A stretch of 39,465 bases of DNA from IMG/VR virus record IMGVR_UViG_2529293078_000013; one strand, written 5' to 3'. The stretch is from a virus. Taxonomy: Duplodnaviria; Heunggongvirae; Uroviricota; Caudoviricetes. Positions 7,560 through 17,898 of this stretch are shown piece after piece (the first letter of the stretch is position 1; the number at the start of each line of letters is the position of its first letter). Below the pieces are notes generated by a model. It was not told the origin of the DNA. It was given only the letters and a program-made list of their open reading frames with translations, and did no database searches. The translations under genes were made by a program, and so were the position numbers.

Positions 7560-8635
7560 GTGATTTCCCCCACGGTCAGCAACTCTGTATCTCCGGCCAT
7601 CACGGACTTCAGCGGGCTGCGAACTTCAAAATCCTCCAGTCCTTTCACCCCTGCAACAGCCCGCCAGAATGATGAAGGCAATACAAGTCCACCCGGCCGC
7701 GATTCGTTATAAAGCAGGTCCGTTAATGCCTGTTTTACGGCAGCCTGATTTTCCGGCGTTTTGGGTACAATCCTGATCTCAAACGCCACCGGCTTATTGG
7801 TCAGCTTAAACACGCTGATTGTCGGCCCAAGTGGCTGACCAACGGGCTGGCCCGTCGCCGGATCATCATGACTGCGGATATAATCCGCCACCCGCTTCAC
7901 ATCACCTTCTCCGGGGAAAATGTCAGGGTTATTATCCTGAACAAAAGTCACACCAACACTACCCGCCTCAGGCCATTCAGGCTTACACCATGCCCGCGTC
8001 ACGCCCGGTACTTCCCGTGCCCAGCGTTCAAAATCATACTGTGTTCCCCCTGATGGCGGGTTCTGTACCCGGAATACCAGCCTGGACAGCAACTCCGGCA
8101 CCGTTTCCACATCCGCACCACCGGTGAGTCCCGTGCCGGTGACCGTGGCTGTCTGGTTGATGCCCGCCTGTGGCGTGATAAAGGACAGGCGGGTTCCGGT
8201 CGGGGTATTTCCAGCGCGCCCCGCACTTTCCGCCTCCACATTAACATTCAGTGTTCCGGCTTTTCCGGTCGCAGAGCCGGTGATGCGGTACACAACACCA
8301 TCGCTTCGCTGAAGGAGTACGCCTTCCGTGATCCCTGCATCCGTGGTCAGCATCAGTTGTACCGGTCCGTCAGCGCGGGAAGCCGGTTTACGGATGACAC
8401 CCCAGAATGCGCAGTGTTTCAGGAGTTCGGCTTCATCAGCTTCTGTCGGAATTATCTGCCGGGAGATCCAGGCCAGATGTTCATGCTCCTGTGCTGACAG
8501 ACCCGCCAGTGCATACGCAATGGCATTCAGGGTGGTTTCATTCACGCCCGGCTGCGAACCGGGCAGGCGCTGGCTGATATCCTGTTGTGTCTGTGTGATC
8601 AGTTGCGCCAGTGGTAAGGGCTGATAAGGCATCAT
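7550..8635 (-). CDS. Baseplate J-like wedge protein (Mu gp47-like)
   Basis: 361 aa; size and position within the baseplate block. Confidence 0.7.
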   Translation of the reverse strand: MMPYQPLPLAQLITQTQQDISQRLPGSQPGVNETTLNAIAYALAGLSAQEHEHLAWISRQIIPTEADEAELLKHCAFWGVIRKPASRADGPVQLMLTTDAGITEGVLLQRSDGVVYRITGSATGKAGTLNVNVEAESAGRAGNTPTGTRLSFITPQAGINQTATVTGTGLTGGADVETVPELLSRLVFRVQNPPSGGTQYDFERWAREVPGVTRAWCKPEWPEAGSVGVTFVQDNNPDIFPGEGDVKRVADYIRSHDDPATGQPVGQPLGPTISVFKLTNKPVAFEIRIVPKTPENQAAVKQALTDLLYNESRPGGLVLPSSFWRAVAGVKGLEDFEVRSPLKSVMAGDTELLTVGEITWL

Positions 8636-9069
8636 TCCCCCTTCATATCAGCATAAAAAATCATCGGATGTCTGCTTCCGTCCGGCAGGGTGATTTTCAC
8701 GGAAAGCGAAAGGCGAGCATGCCCCACACGCATGGCATGACATACCACGGATGTGGCAGCACCGCTTTTATGCAGCCACGCCAGCGCTTCATCAGCATAG
8801 GCCTGTGCACGGCTGACCACGGAGGACAGCGTCTTTTCACGGCTTAACAGCCAGAGACGGGAGCCAACGGGGCGCTCCCGGAAACTGTCTCCCCACCATC
8901 CCCGACGGTCACGGGTGCCGTCAGGGATTTCATCGGAATCCAGCGCCCGCCTGTCCGTAAACAGTGAAATAATGACCGCAGTCAGCAGGCTGTTATCCGT
9001 CAGAAGATCTGCGCCGTTCAGTTGCAGGGAACCGCAACCCTGATCCCAGACGACAGCAATATCAGCCAT
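8632..9069 (-). CDS. Baseplate protein (Mu gp46-like); start taken at internal Met 9069
   Basis: MADIAVVWDQG... begins at the Met that abuts the stop of the upstream gene (9062); the longer N-terminal extension of the six-frame ORF overlaps that gene in another frame. Confidence 0.65.
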   Translation of the reverse strand: MADIAVVWDQGCGSLQLNGADLLTDNSLLTAVIISLFTDRRALDSDEIPDGTRDRRGWWGDSFRERPVGSRLWLLSREKTLSSVVSRAQAYADEALAWLHKSGAATSVVCHAMRVGHARLSLSVKITLPDGSRHPMIFYADMKGE

Positions 9070-9676
9070 TCTCTGGTCCTCCCGTTTTGCTGCCTTCACC
9101 GTTATCGTGATGCACATGACCTGAATAGGTGATCCCGGCAATAACCGCTTCGGACATCGTGAACGTCCCCTGTGATCTTCCGGTGCCGTCAATGGACACA
9201 TTGCCTTTGACATGCAGGTTCTTATCCACTGTGACATTACCGGTAAAGTGAGCCTCCGGTGTATCCACCTGAACACCTTCATCGGCGTAAATCTCCAGCG
9301 TCTTACAGGTCACAATGATCCGGCCGTTCTTTGTCAGACGTATACGGTGCCCCTCATGGTGATACACGCCGGTATCTCCGGCGGTAAGTCCGGTCGGGCG
9401 ACTGCGGCGGTCTTCCACCACAAGCACCACGGCCTGATCCCGTTGTCCGCCAGCACAGGCCAGAAAAACTTCCGCACCAGGCAGGGGGACGCTGATTTGC
9501 CCGTACTGCTGGGGGCGTTCAACGTCATCAAAGGTTTCACCATCCATACCGGTGATTTGCACATTCTGGATTTTCAGCGTGTCCGTTGTGCCGGTCAGTA
9601 CACCACGCCCGAACAGCAGACGAACACCCCGCATCACGGGGGCCAGAAGGCGGCTGATGACTTCGTCATTCATCAT
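9062..9676 (-). CDS. Baseplate spike/assembly protein V-like (Mu gp45-like)
   Basis: 204 aa; position and composition typical of gpV-type spike proteins. Confidence 0.65.
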   Translation of the reverse strand: MMNDEVISRLLAPVMRGVRLLFGRGVLTGTTDTLKIQNVQITGMDGETFDDVERPQQYGQISVPLPGAEVFLACAGGQRDQAVVLVVEDRRSRPTGLTAGDTGVYHHEGHRIRLTKNGRIIVTCKTLEIYADEGVQVDTPEAHFTGNVTVDKNLHVKGNVSIDGTGRSQGTFTMSEAVIAGITYSGHVHHDNGEGSKTGGPENG

Positions 9677-10790
9677 TGAATTTAATCCCCTGTTTTTTCA
9701 TCTGTGCCCGCACGAAGGCGTCCACGTCACCCGCATTTCCGCTTCCGCTGTTTCCCGGCTCTGCCGGAACAATAAAGCCGTCACGGGGTGCCAGAATCAG
9801 ACGGGTGGTTTCGCCGTGATTTGCATCCAGCGAAAACTCCACCTGACAGACAAGAAGATCACGCTCTTCCACTCCGGTGCGGGGAGCCGTGACAGCCGTC
9901 AGCAGGTTGATATCCCACAACTGGCCGTTCTCCCGAAACCAGTGCCGCACGGTGGCTGTCAGGCGCACAGAGCGGGCAACCGCCCGGCGCATTTCCCGGA
10001 CAGCCCTCTGGCGTGCACCGTCTGCATCAACAGCATGATCCGCCAGCACAATTTTCGGTCTGTAACGGTGGATGGCACTGTCTGTCACCGTACCAACGGG
10101 TGCGGCCAGCGTTCCGGCTGTCAGTGCATCCCCGGCATGACCACCACCACGCCCGTGCCCCCGTACACGGTATTCACTGTGGCGCAGACGGTGATCCACG
10201 TTGTGATCCAAATCCAGCAGATTTTCGCCCAGCGTCAGCGTGTCGCCACGCTGACTGCCGGCCTGAGTGAAAACCAGTTCACCGGCGGCATTACTGGTTA
10301 CCAGGACGCCTCTGTGTCTCGCGGCCCGTGTCAGCGCATCTGCCACGGTTTCTGAGTTTTCCAGTGTGAAGGTGGAAAAGGGCCGGGCTGCCGTTGCATC
10401 ATTTACCTGCCAGCGCACCGTGACCCCGAACGGAGCACACAAATCTGAAGCAATGTGCTCCAGCGTGCGGTTCCTCCACTGGCTGCCCGGATGAATGGCT
10501 GAACAGTCCACCAGGTCACCGGTTTTATCCCGTCCGCTGAGCGTGATCTGAAAACGCGTGGCGCTGATGCGCTGCCGGACCTGATCCAGCCAGCCAGTGA
10601 TCACAGGCTGACCGTCAATGCGCAATTCCAGAGACTGACCGGCACGGACGGATGACGGAAGGCGTACACCGGGCATCATTACCCCCAGTTCAAAGGAGCC
10701 CGCCAGATGTTCAAGAGAGCGACGAACACTCACCGTCAGCCAGCCGGAAAAAATCTCACCGCCCAGATACAGTTCAACCCTGCTGCTCAC
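9666..10790 (-). CDS. Baseplate hub protein (Mu P / gpD-like)
   Basis: 374 aa, downstream of the tape measure and N-like genes. Confidence 0.7.
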   Translation of the reverse strand: MSSRVELYLGGEIFSGWLTVSVRRSLEHLAGSFELGVMMPGVRLPSSVRAGQSLELRIDGQPVITGWLDQVRQRISATRFQITLSGRDKTGDLVDCSAIHPGSQWRNRTLEHIASDLCAPFGVTVRWQVNDATAARPFSTFTLENSETVADALTRAARHRGVLVTSNAAGELVFTQAGSQRGDTLTLGENLLDLDHNVDHRLRHSEYRVRGHGRGGGHAGDALTAGTLAAPVGTVTDSAIHRYRPKIVLADHAVDADGARQRAVREMRRAVARSVRLTATVRHWFRENGQLWDINLLTAVTAPRTGVEERDLLVCQVEFSLDANHGETTRLILAPRDGFIVPAEPGNSGSGNAGDVDAFVRAQMKKQGIKFNDE

Positions 10791-12144
10791 TAATCACCTC
10801 CACTGAATGGCCTCCGGGAATGAACAGCGGATCAACAATACCGTTACGGCGCACAAAACGTTGCCAGCCGGTACTGTTCCCGGTGGCACGGTACAGGGTC
10901 ACCAGTGCAGGCTCGGTGGTACGTACAGTCACTACTGTTGCACCGGGTAGCTGAACTCCCCGTGTATTCAGATCCTCTGTCAGTGCCAGTCTGGCATCAC
11001 GAAGCGTCAGCGCCGTGGCGGTATACCCCTGCCCGGACAGTGTCATCACCTGCCGTTCGAGCGCTTCGCTTAAGTCACGGTTAATGCGCTGAAGATCAAC
11101 TGAACTTTCCAGCCAGACAGGCCAGGTACGGTGGGCTGCGTCACTGTCCGGCAGGGTTTCCTGACTGAGAACCTGATCCAGCAGTTTTCCCACGGTCTGT
11201 GCCTGGGCCACCACGGCAGCACTCTGCATTACCGCCCGTATCAGACGAATATTCTTTTGTGCTGCCGGTGTCAGACCGATGAGAGTCTGCGGATTATCCT
11301 GCTCATCCAGCACGTAACGCAGGGAAGATAATGTCCTGTACAGTTGCGGCATTCCCTGAGAGAAGGCGGATGTCGTCCGGCCGATACTGCCACCGGGCCG
11401 GGTATTCAGGCCTCCTGAAGACAGTGACGGCAGCGATGGCAGGGTGATCAGGGCACTGAAAAGCCCCGCAAAAGATGAGGCCATGCGGGAAGGTGCTGTC
11501 AGTAATGCCGTGGCATTCCCTTTCAGCGCCGTGAACGTGGCAGTAAAGGCACTGATATCCTGTACAATCCCCATGCCGGAAACGGCATTTTCCAGGGCGG
11601 ACACCTTATCGCTGATGGTTTCGGTCATTGCCTGGACATCGTGCATTCCGTCAGAAATCACCGTCCAGCCCGCTTCCAGGGTTTCAAAAACCTTCCCGAG
11701 CGCGGTGGTACTCTTCTGCTCCAGAATGGCGGCCGTGTCCTGTGTGACAGCAGGTGCGGTATCATCACTTACCGGCGTGACATTAATGGTGAACTCAACC
11801 ACGCCCTGTTCAGCAGCGTTATAACGACTTTCAAAGCTGTTTATCAGCACATTTAACGTGCCGTAATCCGGGTGAAGCAGCTCCCCGGCACCGGGAGCAC
11901 GAAGGGCATCACGCAGACGATTTCGCTGTGTCTGAACATCATCCCCCATCACAAGTACACTGAACGTAAATTCAGCCAGTTTAGGTCCCAGATCGTCTGC
12001 ACCACCGGTTTCCCGTAACGGATATTCCCGACGGACAATGTTTCGCCCGCCACGTTCGCGCTGCTCACGCCAGACGAGGAACGGCACACCACGGAACGCA
12101 CCACGACCGTCACCAGAGGCCATAATTCCCTCCGTTCCAGACAT
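10774..12144 (-). CDS. Mu N-like DNA circularisation / tail protein
   Basis: 456 aa, immediately after the tape measure gene as in Mu. Confidence 0.65.
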   Translation of the reverse strand: MSGTEGIMASGDGRGAFRGVPFLVWREQRERGGRNIVRREYPLRETGGADDLGPKLAEFTFSVLVMGDDVQTQRNRLRDALRAPGAGELLHPDYGTLNVLINSFESRYNAAEQGVVEFTINVTPVSDDTAPAVTQDTAAILEQKSTTALGKVFETLEAGWTVISDGMHDVQAMTETISDKVSALENAVSGMGIVQDISAFTATFTALKGNATALLTAPSRMASSFAGLFSALITLPSLPSLSSGGLNTRPGGSIGRTTSAFSQGMPQLYRTLSSLRYVLDEQDNPQTLIGLTPAAQKNIRLIRAVMQSAAVVAQAQTVGKLLDQVLSQETLPDSDAAHRTWPVWLESSVDLQRINRDLSEALERQVMTLSGQGYTATALTLRDARLALTEDLNTRGVQLPGATVVTVRTTEPALVTLYRATGNSTGWQRFVRRNGIVDPLFIPGGHSVEVISEQQG

Positions 12145-14185
12145 TCACATCCAGTCCGTGACCGGACGTGTCATCAATATCAATACTGCGAGCCTGCCAC
12201 CCTTCCGGGGCAACCAGCTCCACACGGGCAGAGGCTTTTTGTACCGCCTGTCCACTGCTTTCATCATCACTGCCCCGTAATTTCTGCCAGGCTTCAGTCA
12301 GCCATCCCCCCAGATAGTTACCGAGATAGCTGCCCACCGTAGAACCAATGGCAATCCCCACAGGTCCGGCTGCCGCCCCCAGCGCACCACCGGCAATACT
12401 GCCTGCAAGAGAGCCGACCGCTTCTCCCTTGTCTGTGGCACTGGCGCTGCCATCCAGCAGAACCGGGGCTGCCATCGCGCCAGCCCACAGGGCACCGCCA
12501 CCCAGCCGGCCGGCCAGTCCACCGGCACTGCGGAAAAAGCCGGAGAAACGCCCCAGCCCCATGCGGCTACCGACAGACGAAAGTAACCCACCGGCGCGCC
12601 CCATCATGCGCCCCCAGAACCCTGCCCCACCAGAAGAGGGAGACGGTGGCACTGGGGACGGTGGCAGGGGAGGCGTGACCGGTCTTCCGCGCCCCGGTCC
12701 GCGTTTCCTGCGGCCCCGCCCCTGACGTCCGCCTGAGGAAGTATCGGTCGCGCCGGTGCCGGACAGTCCTCCTGTGGGCCAGTTTGTTACAAGTACTGGC
12801 TGAACGGCTGCCGGATTTACCCCGGTAAGAAAGTTTATAAAACGTTGCCCTCGTCCCTGAGATGTGCCTGGTGGTGTTCCGGCCGGAGGAGAGCGCCGGA
12901 AAGGTGAAGTCAGGAAGGCCGCCGCTGATAATCCGTATCCCAGCAATGCAGCACCCGGACGTATAATCCCCGTTCCGACAGCCCGCGCCATTTTCAGGGC
13001 ACGGGTGGCGAGATACATGTACAGCAGGTATTTCGCGGCGGTCTGTGCCCCCTGACCAATGCGATCCAGCGCATCACCATAGCCCGCATCCCGCAGAGCC
13101 TGAAGCGTGTCGCGTACCTTTCTGATCGCCTGATAAAACCCTGTCACTGCATCACGGGCATACTCAAAGCCCTGGTTCATGGCTGATGCCGTGCTTTCCG
13201 CCAGGGAATGGTAACTGCCATCAGATTTGGCACTGTCAACCCATGAAAGAAATCCCCTGAGATTACCCTTCAGTTTTTCAAATGGCCCACTGTCCATCAC
13301 ATCCCGGGCAAACTGATCCCAGACGTCACCCATCATGGCCGTCAGGCCACTCCAGGAATTCATTGCGTCCTTTTGTGCTCCCCTGGCCTGTTCCGCCAGC
13401 GTCTGAAATAACAGGCGAATACTGTCCGGCCCAAGCAGCCCTTTTTCACCAAGTTTTCTGACCACTTTCTGGTCCACACCCAGACGATCAGCCAGCACGC
13501 GGTAGGCATTAATGCCGTAGGTGGCAAGAATATTTGCATCCGCCGCCTGAATACTGCCTCTTGCATACATCTGTTTCAGTTGCAGGGATGCCCCCTGTGC
13601 ATCGGACAGTGACCAGCCGCCCACGGCACCCTGATCCTGAAGCATGGTGACAAAATTTCGGGCCTCCCTGTCACTCATACCAAAGCCCAGACTGGACGTA
13701 TATTCCTGCATGACGCCAGCCAGCCCCCAGGTGGTTTCCTTCGCATTCTGTATTGCCCACCTGCGGACATCATCAGTTTTCGCCCGATCCCCTTTGTAAA
13801 GGGAGTTCAGGCGAATCATATAGGTTTCCATCTCCGCTGCCGGGCGAATAAATCCCCGGTTAAAGCCATATACAGCAGCACCACCGGCCAGCATTCCGTA
13901 AAGATTGCTGATCCGCCCGATGGTGCCGGTAATACTGCCCTGAAGACGGTCAAAATCAGAAGTGACATGGCGGATACTGCCCCGCACCCCGGCCAGCGTG
14001 CGCTGCATCCTGCTTCCGAGTACATCTGTTTCCTGCCCGGCACGGCGGGCAGCATTTCCCAGGCCACCCAGCCCCGCCTGGCCGGAGCGTGAGAATGCCC
14101 CCAGCTCCTGTGACCACTGGCGGGATTTGGCTGAGATATTGCCGAGCAAATCAACTATCAGAGATGCTCTGAGATTTCGGGCCAT
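12110..14185 (-). CDS. Tail tape measure protein
   Basis: 691 aa, helical Ala/Gly-rich with a Gly/Pro/Arg low-complexity segment; located between the chaperone and baseplate genes. Confidence 0.75.
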   Translation of the reverse strand: MARNLRASLIVDLLGNISAKSRQWSQELGAFSRSGQAGLGGLGNAARRAGQETDVLGSRMQRTLAGVRGSIRHVTSDFDRLQGSITGTIGRISNLYGMLAGGAAVYGFNRGFIRPAAEMETYMIRLNSLYKGDRAKTDDVRRWAIQNAKETTWGLAGVMQEYTSSLGFGMSDREARNFVTMLQDQGAVGGWSLSDAQGASLQLKQMYARGSIQAADANILATYGINAYRVLADRLGVDQKVVRKLGEKGLLGPDSIRLLFQTLAEQARGAQKDAMNSWSGLTAMMGDVWDQFARDVMDSGPFEKLKGNLRGFLSWVDSAKSDGSYHSLAESTASAMNQGFEYARDAVTGFYQAIRKVRDTLQALRDAGYGDALDRIGQGAQTAAKYLLYMYLATRALKMARAVGTGIIRPGAALLGYGLSAAAFLTSPFRRSPPAGTPPGTSQGRGQRFINFLTGVNPAAVQPVLVTNWPTGGLSGTGATDTSSGGRQGRGRRKRGPGRGRPVTPPLPPSPVPPSPSSGGAGFWGRMMGRAGGLLSSVGSRMGLGRFSGFFRSAGGLAGRLGGGALWAGAMAAPVLLDGSASATDKGEAVGSLAGSIAGGALGAAAGPVGIAIGSTVGSYLGNYLGGWLTEAWQKLRGSDDESSGQAVQKASARVELVAPEGWQARSIDIDDTSGHGLDVNVWNGGNYGLW

Positions 14186-14187
14186 AC

Positions 14188-14370
14188 TTACTGCTTCGTT
14201 CTGATGATTTTTTCTGTCTGTCGGCAGTGCCGGTAAAGTTGCGACAGGGGGAGGTTAAGCGCCCATTCCGGACCGCTTTTTGTCACCATCCCCAGGATAA
14301 TTGCCGCTTCTTCAATCTGATCCCGACACTGCGCCTGATCGCCCCCGGTCAGCTGCCAGCTTTCCGGCAA
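14188..14370 (-). CDS. Downstream overlapping ORF of the tail assembly chaperone (possible frameshift extension)
   Basis: 60-aa ORF overlapping the 3' end of 14312-14806 by 59 nt in a different frame; classic position of G/GT-type frameshifting. Confidence 0.35.
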   Translation of the reverse strand: MPESWQLTGGDQAQCRDQIEEAAIILGMVTKSGPEWALNLPLSQLYRHCRQTEKIIRTKQ

Positions 14371-14806
14371 GCGCGGTATCCAGCAGGCTGACCGCTGCCA
14401 TCAGGCGGGAGAGATCGCGCTCGCTTAACTGTCCAATCTGACGGGGTGACAACGGACCTTCAATGTCTCCCACTGCGGCAATCTGACGGCGCAGCAGTGC
14501 AACACCGCGTAACGACGGAGACGCTATCAGCATCGGGCCATTGTTTGTCTCCACCACGCGCTCGGCTTCTGCTTCTGCGTCAATACTGTCTTTCGCTGTC
14601 AGTTCCCGGAACGTGACACGATATTCACGGGTCTCACCAAACGGCAGACCATCAAGCAGATCCACATATCCCTTTGCCAGTTGCTCTGTCAGCCCGGCAG
14701 TGCGTGGATCAGCCCCCTCAAGTGCTTCCCGGATTGCCTCCATCACGGCTGCCTCGGAAACTGCCGTTTTTTTCTTACGTGTGGTCATTTTATTTTTCCT
14801 GATCAC
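14312..14806 (-). CDS. Tail assembly chaperone (Mu gp41-position)
   Basis: Acidic 164-aa protein between the tail tube and tape measure genes. Confidence 0.6.
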   Translation of the reverse strand: MIRKNKMTTRKKKTAVSEAAVMEAIREALEGADPRTAGLTEQLAKGYVDLLDGLPFGETREYRVTFRELTAKDSIDAEAEAERVVETNNGPMLIASPSLRGVALLRRQIAAVGDIEGPLSPRQIGQLSERDLSRLMAAVSLLDTALAGKLAADRGRSGAVSGSD

Positions 14807-15168
14807 TGAACACGGGTACTGGAGGCGCTGGCGAACTTCACGGAGATCTCCCCGCCACCGTCAAGCGAGGCCGGTTCACTGCTCCAGGCCTTCGTCATCA
14901 TGTGGACTTCGCCGGTATCCGCCACAAACTCGATAGTGACCGCAGTCCAGTTGTTGATTTCATCGGCGGCTGGTGAACCTTCTCCGCCTGCCGGAAATTT
15001 GCAGTCCAGCGTCGCTTCACGTGGTTTCTGGCGGTAACCATAGACTTTTGCGCCTTTCACCACTTCACGTTCAAAACCAGACGGAGAAAATGTAGCCCCC
15101 TCAAGCGTCTCGTATTCCTGACCGTTCACACGGATAGTGGCCGTACCCTGATACTGTTTTCCGCTCAT
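14803..15168 (-). CDS. Tail tube protein
   Basis: 121 aa, directly downstream of the sheath gene. Confidence 0.7.
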   Translation of the reverse strand: MSGKQYQGTATIRVNGQEYETLEGATFSPSGFEREVVKGAKVYGYRQKPREATLDCKFPAGGEGSPAADEINNWTAVTIEFVADTGEVHMMTKAWSSEPASLDGGGEISVKFASASSTRVQ

Positions 15169-15176
15169 GCCTTACC

Positions 15177-16679
15177 TCACAAAATGAAACGGATCTGTGC
15201 TGCCAGGAAGCGGAACTGGTTAACCAGATCCGGCGTGCATAACACGTCAAGACGGTTTCGATCTGACGCATTACGCTCCACAAGCAGATTCTTTTTAAAG
15301 GTGTCCAGATTTTCGACCAGCCCGAGTTCCACCCACTCTTCACCCAGCGAAATTAACTGAAGCTTCATGATCTCCGGCGTCACGATATTCTGACCGGCAC
15401 GAACGGGCGTCCCGTCATCAGCCAGTTTATGGCGCGGAAAACGTTGTGTGATAAAAGTACGCAGGGAATAACGCAGCCAGGAGAGGGTGTAGATGGTTTC
15501 CACATCCAGATAGCTGGGATCACTTTCGCCGTACACGTTCTGGCGATACATGGTCACCTGACGTTCGATCTGAACCACATCACCGGCAGCCACACTGACC
15601 GTGGCAATCCCTCCCCACAGCAGACTGTTACGCTCTTCACGCGTCAGACGATCGGCCGGAGCCGGGGCCATGCGTGACGGAAGCGCCAGCGTCTGAAGCG
15701 GACGCGCAGGATCTGCTCCCAGAGAGGGTGCACAGGTGGCACAGACCGCCGCTGCCCAGAGGTAATCCGGTTCAGGGGCTTTGGGAATGGATGTGCAGGT
15801 CGCCAGAAAATCATTGCGTTTTGCCCCGAATGCCTGCACCTCACCAAACGTGCCGGTATGTGCCAGCCACAGCACGCCGTCAGACATTTTGGCCGGTCCC
15901 CAGCGTTTCAGAAGCTCATCACTGATGATTTTCAGGTTTGCATCATCCTTATAGGGCATGACGACATAGTTGTACTGGCGATCGCCCATACCCGCCACGC
16001 TTCGGGTGATATCCGGGTTAGCCGCTTTTTGTTTCGGATAGGCTATAGCGACCTGTATTCCTTCCGGGGTTGCTTCCCCGTCGTGATAGTTCAGGCGCAC
16101 ATCATGAACGGAGCATTCACCGGTAAAGCGGGCGGTGATCCCCAGAGACCCTTTCAGACCTGCGCCATTATCACCACTTCCTGCACCAGAGGAGGCCGTG
16201 AAGGGCGCGTCAGGATCGGCATTGATCAGCGCGGCCAGCTCGTCGGTCAGTTCTTTGCCTTTCTTACCTTTTGGTGCCGGGAGTGTATAACGCCGCCCCC
16301 CCACGCAGGCATAAACAATCCCGTCACGGGTGACCGTTCCGGTCAGATTCATGGCCGCAGCCGTTGCCTGTCCGGTGCCGTTCCCCTGAGCAATGGCATA
16401 CAGTTCAGCATCAGGATTGATGGCGATAAATTCCGCCACCATCAGGGCAATCATGGAGCCGCGCCCCCAGAGTTCTGTTGCCTGAGACGCACGGGTGATC
16501 CTGACCGGAACATCCAGAACACCGGCACCGTCCACGGCATTCTCTTTCATTCTCGCCTGACCAAACAGCAGCACACACTGACGCTGTGCCGGAGTGCCGG
16601 TGACAGCCATGGAGTTATTAAACTCAACCTCAATCAGCGGTATACGGCGGTCATTACCGATCCCGTCAAAATTAATCAT
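15177..16679 (-). CDS. Contractile tail sheath protein
   Basis: 500 aa; sheath-tube-chaperone-tape measure order. Confidence 0.8.
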   Translation of the reverse strand: MINFDGIGNDRRIPLIEVEFNNSMAVTGTPAQRQCVLLFGQARMKENAVDGAGVLDVPVRITRASQATELWGRGSMIALMVAEFIAINPDAELYAIAQGNGTGQATAAAMNLTGTVTRDGIVYACVGGRRYTLPAPKGKKGKELTDELAALINADPDAPFTASSGAGSGDNGAGLKGSLGITARFTGECSVHDVRLNYHDGEATPEGIQVAIAYPKQKAANPDITRSVAGMGDRQYNYVVMPYKDDANLKIISDELLKRWGPAKMSDGVLWLAHTGTFGEVQAFGAKRNDFLATCTSIPKAPEPDYLWAAAVCATCAPSLGADPARPLQTLALPSRMAPAPADRLTREERNSLLWGGIATVSVAAGDVVQIERQVTMYRQNVYGESDPSYLDVETIYTLSWLRYSLRTFITQRFPRHKLADDGTPVRAGQNIVTPEIMKLQLISLGEEWVELGLVENLDTFKKNLLVERNASDRNRLDVLCTPDLVNQFRFLAAQIRFIL

Positions 16680-16921
16680 TGCGGTTTCTCCTTATCGGAT
16701 GCCGGTTGGGCGACCGGTTTTTCTGTCGCAGTCGTTGCATCCGCAGATACAGCCGGAGCCTCTTCAGCGGCTTTTTCAGCCTGAATGACATCGCCGTCAT
16801 CAAGACGCCGACACCAGAACGGCGTAAAGGGCTTTTCCTCCCCCTCCTGTGCCAGCGGGCGCATTGTGTCGGGATCACGAATCAGGCGTCCCGGCGCGGG
16901 TTTGATAAAGATGGTTTTCAT
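16676..16921 (-). CDS. Hypothetical head-tail region protein (Mu gp38-position)
   Basis: 81-aa ORF with acidic Ala/Pro-rich tail, coupled to the sheath gene. Confidence 0.5.
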   Translation of the reverse strand: MKTIFIKPAPGRLIRDPDTMRPLAQEGEEKPFTPFWCRRLDDGDVIQAEKAAEEAPAVSADATTATEKPVAQPASDKEKPQ

Positions 16922-17482
16922 TTACAGTTCCTCCGGCGGTTCGACCGCCGTTGTCGTGTTCCCCGGCAAATCAATATGTGCCTCAAACGGCGGCGTACCG
17001 GGCGGCTCCACAAAGGTTTCGTAATGACGCAGGAAGTCGTCCAGCGAGCTGGTATCGGTCAGCGGTGCGATCATTTCCTCGCAGGAGAAATAAAGCGCAT
17101 ACATCACCGCACCACTGTCCGCCTGGGTTTCGGTGTAACCGTTGACCGCCTTTTCAAAGTAAAGCGGTGAGGTTTTTTCTGTTCTGAAGCCGTTAAGCAC
17201 GGCAATCAGCCGGGCCACAATCTGATACAGTCCGGGACGGCTGGCCTCACGCCCGTTGAGCATGTCGCCGATGACGTAGAACACCCAGTGACTGACCAGG
17301 CGACCACGGGTACGGCCTTCACCGGCACCCAGCCAGGCAACGTAGATCGCCGGGGCGTTAATCAGCATGGTGCGCAGTACGCTGTCGCTCCAGTCGCCGG
17401 GATGCGTGTCAACAGACACCAGTTCATTCCCGAAATACTCACGGATACGGGCGATGTATGCCTGTTCGGTTTCCGTAATCAT
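16922..17482 (-). CDS. Head-tail joining/completion protein (Mu gp37-position)
   Basis: 186-aa ORF in conserved late-gene order. Confidence 0.55.
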   Translation of the reverse strand: MITETEQAYIARIREYFGNELVSVDTHPGDWSDSVLRTMLINAPAIYVAWLGAGEGRTRGRLVSHWVFYVIGDMLNGREASRPGLYQIVARLIAVLNGFRTEKTSPLYFEKAVNGYTETQADSGAVMYALYFSCEEMIAPLTDTSSLDDFLRHYETFVEPPGTPPFEAHIDLPGNTTTAVEPPEEL

Positions 17483-17898
17483 ATGAAGCCCTTCTGGTTG
17501 CGCCCGAATACCGCTGCATCAGACTGAACCTGTGGTAAATCCCCGGATTCAGGGGCCGCACCGTTCGTATCCACACCGACCGGCACATTGCCGTTCATGA
17601 CATCTTTCAGCCAGGCCAGCGCTTCACGGTAACGGTCACGCGCCTGATCGGAGGCTCGCTGATCGCACAGGTAATAAAAGGCAATCGCGCAACAGTGCTG
17701 AACAAGAACGGCCGGAATAACCTCCAGCGGCAACGTGTAACGGGCGGACAGATAGCTGTCGATAAGGGCTGACGCATCTGTCAGCGCCCGGTTCAGCTTG
17801 CGCGTGTCCGGCTCATCCGAACGGGGCACAGCCAGTAACGGCCTGAGCAAATCCTCGCGGTAACGCGCCCGCATATCGGTTTCAGTGGCGTAATTCAT
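17479..17898 (-). CDS. Head-tail connector/adaptor-like protein (Mu gp36-position)
   Basis: 139-aa ORF in conserved late-gene order. Confidence 0.55.
   Translation of the reverse strand: MNYATETDMRARYREDLLRPLLAVPRSDEPDTRKLNRALTDASALIDSYLSARYTLPLEVIPAVLVQHCCAIAFYYLCDQRASDQARDRYREALAWLKDVMNGNVPVGVDTNGAAPESGDLPQVQSDAAVFGRNQKGFI

Noticed and set aside
12298-12725. Pro/Ala-rich ORFs on both strands within the tape measure gene
   Set aside because: Arise from the GC-rich Gly/Pro-coding low-complexity segment of the tape measure gene; not independent genes.
15858-16784. Long plus-strand ORFs antisense to late genes (308 aa here; also 9552-10355, 23518-24117, 16679-17170, 19293-19856, 12348-12725 and others)
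   Set aside because: Shadow ORFs in GC-rich coding DNA: low-complexity Arg/Pro/Cys/His-rich translations, no RBS, and complete overlap with well-supported minus-strand structural genes.
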